A stretch of DNA of 64,000 bases. Origin: an uncultured delta proteobacterium. GTDB taxonomy: Bacteria > Myxococcota > Kuafuiibacteriia > Kuafuiibacteriales > Kuafuiibacteriaceae. The notes beneath the pieces were generated by a model. That model was not told the DNA's origin and made no database searches. It was given only the letters and a program-made list of their open reading frames with translations. How positions within the stretch are numbered: position 1 is the first letter of the stretch; each line of letters opens with the position of its first letter. The stretch spans positions 160,001 to 224,000 of the forward strand of contig CAWDML010000005.1 in NCBI GenBank assembly GCA_963803435.1. Reading direction: 5' to 3'. Below, one piece after another: positions 39,484 through 48,000 of this stretch. A program made the position numbers and the translations under genes.

Positions 39484-40443
39484 TTGACAGACGACGTTAA
39501 AGCCAAGATCCCGGGCAAGAAACGCCGCCCCACCCCGGGACAACGACCCGGCCCCAAGCCGGGCGACGACGACGCGATGTCGGCGGAGGACGCAGTGGCG
39601 TCCGACGACGATTCGTCCGAGGAAGCTGCCACGGGCACCGCGACCAAGAGCGACTTCAAGGCCTTGCCGCCGCCGAGCAAGGACATGTCGCAAAAGCAGC
39701 TCGCGGAGCAGTACATGCCGTACGTCCGCTCGATCGCGGGCAAGATCAAGAAGACGCTGTCCAAGGAGATCGAGTTCGACGACCTGGTCGCCTACGGGAT
39801 GATCGGCCTGTTCGAGGCCGCCGATCGCTACGACGCCAAGTACGGCGCCAACTTCATGACCTTCGCGTACTACCGGATCCGCGGCGCCATCTACGACGGC
39901 CTGCGCGGGATGGGGTGGGTGAGCCGGACCGAGTACCAGCGCTACCGGTTCGAGGCCCACGCGAACCAGTACCTCAACAACGTGCACGAGCAAGGGCTGG
40001 GCACGCCGGCCAACGTGAAGAAGACCACCGACGACGAGATCGGCGAGCTGGCCAACGTGGTCGAGGGACTGGTCACGATCTACGTCACCGCGCTCGACGC
40101 GATGGAAGGGTTCCAGATCAAGGACGATCGGGGGCCGACCATCGAGGAGTCGATGGAGGTGATGCAGGCGCGGAAGCTCGTGGCCGAGGCGGTGCAGAAG
40201 CTGCCGGAGCAGGAGCGAAAGCTCCTGGAGCTGTACTACTACAAGGAGCTCTCGCTCGAAGAAGTCGGGAAACACCTGGGGCTGTCGAAGTCCTGGACCA
40301 GCCGACTGCATACCCGGGCGATCGAGAAGCTCGGGAGATTGCTCAGGGATCTGGTCAGCGAGTACCAGGACGAGGGCGGTGCGGCGGCCAAGAGCAAGGC
40401 GTCTGCACGATCCCCGCAACCGACGGGGCCGCCGGGCCGATAA
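39484..40443 (+). CDS. FliA/WhiG-family (sigma28) RNA polymerase sigma factor
   Basis: DDLVAYGMIGLFEAADRYD, FMTFAYYRIRGAIYDGLR, LPEQERKLLELYYYKELSLEEVG.HLGLSKSWTSRLH. Confidence 0.93.
   Translation: MTDDVKAKIPGKKRRPTPGQRPGPKPGDDDAMSAEDAVASDDDSSEEAATGTATKSDFKALPPPSKDMSQKQLAEQYMPYVRSIAGKIKKTLSKEIEFDDLVAYGMIGLFEAADRYDAKYGANFMTFAYYRIRGAIYDGLRGMGWVSRTEYQRYRFEAHANQYLNNVHEQGLGTPANVKKTTDDEIGELANVVEGLVTIYVTALDAMEGFQIKDDRGPTIEESMEVMQARKLVAEAVQKLPEQERKLLELYYYKELSLEEVGKHLGLSKSWTSRLHTRAIEKLGRLLRDLVSEYQDEGGAAAKSKASARSPQPTGPPGR
40415..40443 (+). promoter_or_regulatory. Candidate sigma28 promoter overlapping the sigma gene stop codon
   Basis: CGCAAC-N15-GCCGATAA; the final TAA is the sigma stop; 45 nt before the next ATG. 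Confidence 0.6.
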
Positions 40444-40488
40444 TCTCGAACCAGGAGTCGTCCGGAGTGCGAAGGAGAGGAAGCCTTT

Positions 40489-40977
40489 ATGAGTGATCCG
40501 CTGTCCAGCGGCGCGGGAAAAGTCGCCGAAGAGATGATGAAAGAGGTGGCGAAGGCCATCCAGCAGCAAGAGCAGATCGCCCAGACGAACGAGACGCCGA
40601 ACGTCGAGTTCCAGCAACGGATGATGGAGGTCCAGCTCAACCAGGTCCAAGAGGTCAAGATCCAGCCCGACAGCGCCACTGCGATCCGCATCGGCGTGAA
40701 CGCGAATCGCACGCCGGAGGTACCGGCGATCGGGCAGGCGATCGACACCAAGCCGATGATGAGCGGGCTGCACCGGATCCTCGAGGACGTGATGCAGGGG
40801 CAGAACAAGCTCGAGGAGATCATCGGGCTCGCCCTGTCCGGACGGAACTTCAGCACCCCCGAGCTCCTGGCGCTCCAGGCCGGCGTCTACCGGTTCACGC
40901 AGGAGCTCGAGCTCACCTCGAAGGTCGTCGAGAAGGCGACCGCCACGATCAAGCAGACGATGAACACGCAGGTCTGA
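40489..40977 (+). CDS. T3SS inner-rod (SctI/YscI/HrpB2)-like protein
   Basis: FSTPELLALQAGVYRFTQELELTSKVVEKATATIKQTMNTQV C-terminus. Confidence 0.75.
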   Translation: MSDPLSSGAGKVAEEMMKEVAKAIQQQEQIAQTNETPNVEFQQRMMEVQLNQVQEVKIQPDSATAIRIGVNANRTPEVPAIGQAIDTKPMMSGLHRILEDVMQGQNKLEEIIGLALSGRNFSTPELLALQAGVYRFTQELELTSKVVEKATATIKQTMNTQV

Positions 40978-40996
40978 GTCGCTACACTCGGGACCC

Positions 40997-42031
40997 GTGC
41001 GTCGTCCGATCCTCCTCTTCTTCGTCTGCAGCCTCCTCTCCTCGTCTCTCCGCGCAGAGGCGGGCGATGCGGTCTCCGTCGAGCTGGTCCCGAAGGCGCA
41101 GAAGGGTCAGGGGCAGCCGGAGCTGGTGGTCAAGGCGCATGCGGCGCTCAAGCGCGTCACGCTCGAGCTGGTGCGCTCTACCGACCACGGGAAGGTGCGC
41201 GCGGCGGCGGGGCCGATCGATCCCGGGAAGGAGCACCGGTTCGCGCTGCCGCTCTCGACGGTGGGGCCCGCCGCGTTCACCGGCAAGCTCGACGTGGAGA
41301 TCGGCGGCGGGCAGAGCGGGTCGATGCCGCTCGATCTGAAGGTGGAGCTGCTCCCGGAGCTGGTGCTGACCGTGGCGCCGGAGGACGTGGAGCTGGAGAG
41401 GCACGCGCTGCGGATCGCGACCAACCGCGCGCTGGCGAAGGTGCAGATCGCGCTCATGTCGGACACGGGGACGCCGATGGGGACCACCGAGGTCGACACC
41501 CGGGACGGCGAGCGCGACGGCAAGTACGAGGTCGAGTACCCGCAGGGCAAAGGGACGGTGCTGCGGATCTCGATCAAGGGCTGGGATGCAGACGGCTTCT
41601 TCGGCGGCGTCGATCTGTTCCCGTGGCGGGTCGACATCCCCCACGAGGAGGTGAACTTCGCGTCGGGCAAGAGCGCCATCGAGGGGGATCAGGCGAAGAA
41701 GCTCGAGGCGAGCTTCGAAGAGATCCAGAAGGCGATCCGGAAGTACGGCAAGCTCGCCACGATCAAGCTCTTCATCGCGGGGCACACCGACACCGTCAGC
41801 GATGCGGCCTCCAACCGGACGCTCTCGAACGATCGGGCCCGCGCGATCGGGCGCTGGTTCGCGAAGCGCGGGGTTGGGATCCCGATCCGCTACGCCGGGT
41901 TCGGCGAGGATCTGCTGCTGGTGGTGACGCCGGACGAGACCGACGAGCCGCGGAATCGGCGGGCGGAGTACATCGTGGCGGTCGATCCGCCGGTGGTCTC
42001 AGGGAAGGTTGCGTTCAGGCCTCTGGACTAG
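40997..42031 (+). CDS. OmpA-family peptidoglycan-binding protein
   Basis: Signal peptide; VNFASGKS, AGHTD, NRTLSNDRARAI, NRRAEY. Confidence 0.9.
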   Translation: MRRPILLFFVCSLLSSSLRAEAGDAVSVELVPKAQKGQGQPELVVKAHAALKRVTLELVRSTDHGKVRAAAGPIDPGKEHRFALPLSTVGPAAFTGKLDVEIGGGQSGSMPLDLKVELLPELVLTVAPEDVELERHALRIATNRALAKVQIALMSDTGTPMGTTEVDTRDGERDGKYEVEYPQGKGTVLRISIKGWDADGFFGGVDLFPWRVDIPHEEVNFASGKSAIEGDQAKKLEASFEEIQKAIRKYGKLATIKLFIAGHTDTVSDAASNRTLSNDRARAIGRWFAKRGVGIPIRYAGFGEDLLLVVTPDETDEPRNRRAEYIVAVDPPVVSGKVAFRPLD

Positions 42032-42061
42032 CGCGCCGCGGTCCCGATAGGTTTCGCGGCG

Positions 42062-43153
42062 ATGACGCGGAACATCGTGAACTTCAACGCAGGTCCGGCG
42101 GGCCTCCCTCAGCCGGCGCTCGAGAAGGCGCGGGAGGAGCTCCTCGACTTCCAGGGGACCGGGATGTCGATCATGGAGCACTCTCACCGCGGCAAGGCGT
42201 ACGACGAGGTTCACCAGCAGGCCATCGCGCTGGTCAAGAAGCTGATGGGCGTGCCGGACACGCACGACGTGCTGTTCATGCAGGGCGGCGCCTCGGGGAT
42301 GTTCGCGGAGGTGCCGATGAACTTCCTGACGGAGGGGAAGTCGGCCGACTACGTGATCACCGGGGCCTGGTCGAAGAAGGCGCTCGCGGAGGCGAAGCTG
42401 ATCGGGACGGCGCGGGTCGCGGGTACGGGCGAGGTGGACAAGAAGTTCACGCGCATCCCGAAGCAAGCGGAGCTCTCGCTCGATCCGAAGGCCGCCTACG
42501 TCCACATCACCACGAACAACACGATCGCGGGCACGCAGTGGCACACGCTGCCGGACACCGCGGGCGTGCCGCTGGTGGCGGACATGTCGTCGGACATCAT
42601 GTCGCGGCCGGTCGAGACCGCGAAGCTGTCGATGATCTACGCGGGCGCGCAGAAGAACCTGGGGCCGTCCGGTGTGGTGCTGGTGGTGATCGACAAGAAG
42701 TGGTGTGCGTCGGGGTCGACGTCGATCCCGGTGATCTTCCGCTTCCAGACGCACCAGGAGAACAACTCGCTCTACAACACGCCGCCCACGTTCGCGATCT
42801 ATCTGATGAAGAACGTGCTCGAGTGGATGGACGCCGAGGGTGGCCTGCCTGCGATGAAGGTGCGCAACCAGAAGAAGGCGGATCTCCTGTACGGCGCGAT
42901 CGCGGAGAGCGGCGGCTGGTACGCCTCGCCGATCGATCCCGACGCGCGATCGCAGATGAACGTGGTGTGGCGTCTGCCCAGCGAGGAGCTGGAGGCCAAG
43001 TTCGTGAAGCAGGCCGAGGCCGCCGGGATGGTGGGGCTGAAGGGCCATCGGAGCGTGGGTGGGATCCGGGCCTCGACGTACAACGCGGTGAGCCCGGAGG
43101 GCGTCGAGCGGCTGATCGACTTCATGCGTACGTTCAAGAAGGAGAACGGGTAG
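42062..43153 (+). CDS. serC: Phosphoserine aminotransferase
   Basis: [55 protein letters not shown]. Confidence 0.98.
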   Translation: MTRNIVNFNAGPAGLPQPALEKAREELLDFQGTGMSIMEHSHRGKAYDEVHQQAIALVKKLMGVPDTHDVLFMQGGASGMFAEVPMNFLTEGKSADYVITGAWSKKALAEAKLIGTARVAGTGEVDKKFTRIPKQAELSLDPKAAYVHITTNNTIAGTQWHTLPDTAGVPLVADMSSDIMSRPVETAKLSMIYAGAQKNLGPSGVVLVVIDKKWCASGSTSIPVIFRFQTHQENNSLYNTPPTFAIYLMKNVLEWMDAEGGLPAMKVRNQKKADLLYGAIAESGGWYASPIDPDARSQMNVVWRLPSEELEAKFVKQAEAAGMVGLKGHRSVGGIRASTYNAVSPEGVERLIDFMRTFKKENG

Positions 43154-43729
43154 ATGACGTTCGCCGAGATGATCGATCGGACCGCGCCGGCCGACGAGAT
43201 CGCGGCGCATCTCGACGGGCTGGCGGCGAAGGATCGCGTGCGCGAGGTGCTGGCGCTCAACGGGCGGCAGCTCGCCAAGCTGTTCGAGCTCACCAAGGGC
43301 AAGGGCGCGGTGACGCTCGCGGAGTTCGTGGCCCGGGCCGAGGAGACGACGATCTACGAGCTGAGGAACGGTCTCCCCGTGTTCAACGTCTCCCAGAAGC
43401 GGTTCTTCCGGCCCAAGGACGGCGAGGTCGTCGGCTACAACCATGCGGACCCGTTGGCCATGTTCTTCGCCGGTCCGGGCTACTTCTTCGCGCGGGACGG
43501 CGACGACGGCGAGCTGCTCTTCGACTACACGCGGCTGCCGGCGCTCCAGCCGCCGGGCTGGCCCGCGATCAAACCGAACGCGCGGGGCGTGATCCCGCGT
43601 GCGACGTATGCAGACATGATCGACTACGGCCGGCGGGTCTCGAAGCACACGGTCATCGGCGCTGCGTACCGACACGGCAAGCCGCGCAATCAGCACTTCA
43701 TCCTGACGCTCTGCGAAGCTCAGAGTTGA
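43154..43729 (+). CDS. Hypothetical protein
   Basis: Coupled to serC; GRN-like LRNGLP..QKRF, GYN, GPGYF, DY.RRVS.H..IG.A motifs. Confidence 0.75.
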   Translation: MTFAEMIDRTAPADEIAAHLDGLAAKDRVREVLALNGRQLAKLFELTKGKGAVTLAEFVARAEETTIYELRNGLPVFNVSQKRFFRPKDGEVVGYNHADPLAMFFAGPGYFFARDGDDGELLFDYTRLPALQPPGWPAIKPNARGVIPRATYADMIDYGRRVSKHTVIGAAYRHGKPRNQHFILTLCEAQS

Positions 43730-43796
43730 GAGGGTGGTAGCCTTCCGGACGGCGGGGGATGCGCCCCCCCCGATCCGATCGGTTCAATGAGGCGCA

Positions 43797-44987
43797 GTGA
43801 GCTCCGGTTCCTTCGTCGCCCTCGACCTCCTGCGCGATCTGGGGCCGCTCGATCCAACAGCGTCCTATCGCGTCATCGGTCGTCTCTCGCGGGGCGGCAT
43901 GGGCGACATTCTGCTGGCCGAGCGCCGGACGTTCGACGGGACGACCGACCAGATCGTCCTCAAGCGACTGGCGGCCGAGCTGCAGGAGGAGCCGTACGTC
44001 TCGATGTTCATGAGCGAGGCGAAGGTGATGTCTCGGCTCGATCACCCGAACGTGGTGCGGCTTCTCGACGTGCCGGTGGTCGACGGCGCGCGCTGTCTCG
44101 CGCTCGAGCTGGTGCACGGCACCAACCTGTATCACCTGATGCGCTGGTCGCGGCGCGGGCACGGGCCGATCCCGGTCGAGCTGGTCGTGTACATCGGGCT
44201 GAGCGTGCTGGCCGGTCTCAGCTACGTGCACGCGGCGAAGGTCGATGGTGCGCCGATCCACCTGGTGCATCGCGACGTGAAGCCGGGGAACGTGTTGCTG
44301 TCGCGGACCGGCGAGGTGAAGCTGACGGACTTCGGCGTGTCGAAGTCGAGCTTGTCGACGGAGATCACCGCGCTCGGCGTGGTGAAGGGGACGCCGCACT
44401 ACCTGTCGCCGGAGCAGATCAAGGGCGACCCGGTGAACCCGCGCTCGGATCTGTTCTCGCTGGCCGTGGTGATGGTGGAGGTGCTGGCGGGCCGGCCGCT
44501 GTTCAAGCAGGAGACGCTGGCCGGGACGCTCCTGGCGGTGTCGACGGGCGATCGGCCTGACGTGGAGTCATTGCTCCCGCGGCGGCACCGAGCGCTGGCG
44601 GCGGTGCTGGAGCGGGCGCTCACGGTCGATCCGGCGGGACGGTTCGAGAGCGCGACGGCGATGGCGTCGGCGATGACCGGTGCGTGCCCCATCGACGACA
44701 CGCAGGTGAAGCGGGAGCTCGCCCTTCGGGTCGGGGCCATCTGTGACGAGGTCGGTGATCCGCTGTACGGGGGACCGACGACGCACCGCGAGCGGCGGAC
44801 CGGCGCCATTCCCCTCGAACCGTCGGACTTCGACGGTGAGGACACGACCCGCGCCACGACGCCGATCCTGGGCCGGACGGTGCCGGCGCGGGACTCCCGG
44901 CGGGTCACCCGGGCCTTCCTCCTCGGTGTGATGGTCGGCGCGCTCGCCGCCTGTGGACTCCAAATCGCCGTCTGGCTGTCTTCGTAA
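43797..44987 (+). CDS. Ser/Thr protein kinase with C-terminal TM
   Basis: GGMGDI, VLKRL, HRDVKPGN, DFG, GTPHYLSPE. Confidence 0.92.
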   Translation: MSSGSFVALDLLRDLGPLDPTASYRVIGRLSRGGMGDILLAERRTFDGTTDQIVLKRLAAELQEEPYVSMFMSEAKVMSRLDHPNVVRLLDVPVVDGARCLALELVHGTNLYHLMRWSRRGHGPIPVELVVYIGLSVLAGLSYVHAAKVDGAPIHLVHRDVKPGNVLLSRTGEVKLTDFGVSKSSLSTEITALGVVKGTPHYLSPEQIKGDPVNPRSDLFSLAVVMVEVLAGRPLFKQETLAGTLLAVSTGDRPDVESLLPRRHRALAAVLERALTVDPAGRFESATAMASAMTGACPIDDTQVKRELALRVGAICDEVGDPLYGGPTTHRERRTGAIPLEPSDFDGEDTTRATTPILGRTVPARDSRRVTRAFLLGVMVGALAACGLQIAVWLSS

Positions 44988-45030
44988 TTCCTAAGAGAAG
45001 ACACCTTGGGACGGGTAGTGTTCCGTCACC

Positions 45031-48000
45031 GTGCTCAGCTCCTTCATCCTCCTGCTCGCTGCGTCTCCGTCCCTGGCGACGCCGGTGGCGACGCTCGATC
45101 GATCGACCGTCCCGGCTTCGGGCCGGCATCGCGTCCACGCGACCATCGAAGCGTTCGGGCGCTACGGCATCACGGTTCAGAGCGAGCAGGGCGTGGCGAT
45201 CCAGGTCGTCGACAAGGTCGCGGGGCCGGGGCCGGTGTTCGGCCGTCCGGGCGGCGAGGATGGTCGGCTCGACGCGTTCTTCGATCGCGGGACCTATCGG
45301 ATCCTGACCGAGGGCGACCCGAAGTCCGAAGGCGATGCGAAGATCATCGTGCATCCCTATCGCGAGCTGGAGGCGCCGGCGCCGCCCGCGCTGGTGGAGC
45401 TCAAGCCGGTCGACGCGACGCTGGGCGACTTCGAGCAGCGCTCGTACTGGATCGACGTGACCGCGCGCCGCCGGGTCTTGCTGGAGGCAGCGGGGCGGAA
45501 CCTCGGCGATCTCCGGATCTGGAGGGACGGGAGCTGGCTGATCGAGGCGGAGCCGACGCGCGACGTGACGGAGCCGAGCGTCGGCCGTCCGCTCACCGTG
45601 TTTCGCATGGTCGCGGATTTCGAGCCCGGTCTCTATCTGGTCACGTCCTACGGCGGGCCGCCGCTCGCCTGGGCGGAGGACGACGGCCGCCACCCGTTCC
45701 ACCTGCGTTTCGGGATCCCGCAGCTCCCCTCGGTGGTGCGCCAGCGCTTCCAGGTGGGGCCGCTCGGGTACGATCGCTACCTCGTCTCCGGCGCCAACTT
45801 CTTCCGCGCCGAGCTCGCTGAAGCGGAGCCCCTCACCCTCGAGGTTCACGCCTCGGCGCAGCCGTTCGGCGGGTACGGCGGGATGCGCGCGGAGATCGCG
45901 AAGAACACGGTGCCGCCGGTGGCGGAGCTCGACGCGGGATCGGGCAGCGTGCCGTGGATCGTGACGGTGAGGGGCAGCGAAGGACAGGCCTATCTGCTGC
46001 AAGCGTTCGCGTCGACCTGGTACACGGCGATCCCCAAGGGCGGCGACTACTGGGTGTCGAGCGTGCACGCCGGTCACGCGGAGGACTCGATCGACGCCAC
46101 CGCGATCGTCGTCGACGCGGGCGAGAAGTATCGCCCGCTGGTGACGCAGGCGGTGAACCTGGGGAGCGCCGGATGGGCGCGGCGATTCAACCTGCTCGAG
46201 CAGGCCACGGTCTTCCTCGACGTCCAGACCGCCGGCGCCTATCGCATCACGGGACAGGGGGGCGCGACGGCGACCTACCAGATCGAGCCGTTCCTGGTGA
46301 CCCGGCCGCCCGAGTACAAGAGCCCACCGTTCAAGAGCTCGGGCTCCGACTGGGAGCTCGATCGCGGCCTGTACGTGCTCACGCTGGAGCCGAGCAAGAA
46401 GGGCGTGCTCGAGGTGACGCTGGCGAAGAACGGCTTCTTCTCGCGCCAGCCGGATCGAGCGCCGCCCCGTCCGCAGGTTCGCTTCGAGCGCTTCCGCTTC
46501 GAGGGCAACGCCTGGATCTACCTCAACCGGCAGCCCGGGGTCCGGGTCGGCGTGATGGCGCGCTCGATCCCGATCGATCTTCGCGATCCCCTGGCGGTGA
46601 CGCAGTCGCCCGGTGAGACCGTCGAGGTGCCCGCCCAGATCGCGGAGGAGGGCGTGCTCTCCGCCCAGGCCGAGGACGGCGCGCTGCTCGAGCTCTCGGT
46701 CGACGGCGGGGCGTGGGTCCGCTCGGCGCGCCCGGCCGCCGGGCCGCACACCGTCCGCGTGCGCATCGCCGGCGCCCATCCGGTCGCGTACAGCCTGGGG
46801 TTGAGGGTGAGGCGCCTCGAGCCCGACGTGCCGCTGCCTGCGCTCCCGGACGCCCGGCTGGCAACGGTCCCCGACTTCACCGAGCTCGAGGACGGCAAGC
46901 CGCGCTGGTTCGATCTCGAGCGGACCTCGGAACGGAGCTTCCTCGTCCACGCGCGCGCGCCCGGGCTCTTCAGGCTGGAGAGCACCGGACTCCTGGCCAC
47001 CGAGGGCAACCTGCGCACGCGCGTTGTCACCTCGATGCTGCGGGCCGGCCAGAACGGCGTGGGACGAAACTTCCTGGTCCAGCAGTACGTGGGCACCGGC
47101 GACTATCAACTGACCGTACGCACGCTGGGCCTGACGAAGGGCCACCTCGGTCTTCGTTTGAAACGAACACCGGAGGATGGCGGCGGCAGCTTGATCGACG
47201 GGATCCCCGCGCGGGCGACGCTGCCCGCGGGGCATGCGATCGTCTATCCCTTCCGGATCGGCAAGCACGGGCGGTACCGGCTCCGCGCGATCGGGCGAGA
47301 CCGGACGCTGCGCTGCCGTCTGGAGGACGCGGACGGCTGGCCGATCGTGGAGCCGAACGTGGAGGCCGCCTTCGATCGCGACTTCGAGGCGGGCCAGTAC
47401 CGGCTGGTGGTGCTGCCGGAGGCCGTCGACCTCCGGGTGGTGGCGCTCCTGGAGAGGATCGATCCGCCGATCGGCTTCGAGGGTCACGGACCGCATCACA
47501 TCGCGCTCGATCAGGTGGTCGAGCACGAATGGGTGGAGAGCGCGCGCAGCTCGGCGTCGAAGCCGGAGACCCGCGAGCGGGACGTCTGGGTGTTCGAGGT
47601 GCCGGCGGCGCTGGAAGCCTCGATCGAGCTGGGCGGGAAGATGCACGGCGACCTGATCCGGGTGGGGAAGAACGGCGCGCGCGAGAAGGTGGCCTACGTA
47701 CCGCCGCTCCGCGGGTGGACCGGAAAGCTCGCACCCGGCGAGCACCGGCTCGAGATCATGAACCTCCACGAGGGATCGGACGTGCCGTACACGCTCGTGA
47801 TCCGACCGGTGCCGATGGCGGTCGGCCTGACCCGCACGATCGCGGCGCCCGCCGTCCTGCCGCTGGCGATCGGGGCGCGAGGTCTGATCGAGGTCTCCTC
47901 GTTCGGGCCCTCCGACGTGGAGGCACGGCTGATCGACGGACAGGGCCGGACGGTGGCGAAGAGCGACGATCGACCCGACGACTGGAACTTCCACATCGCC

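Noticed and set aside
15975-45025. Similar words TTGGGACGG(G)TAGTGTYCCG at about 15975 and 45006
   Set aside because: Only two short copies before unrelated genes; probably ordinary -10 regions or chance
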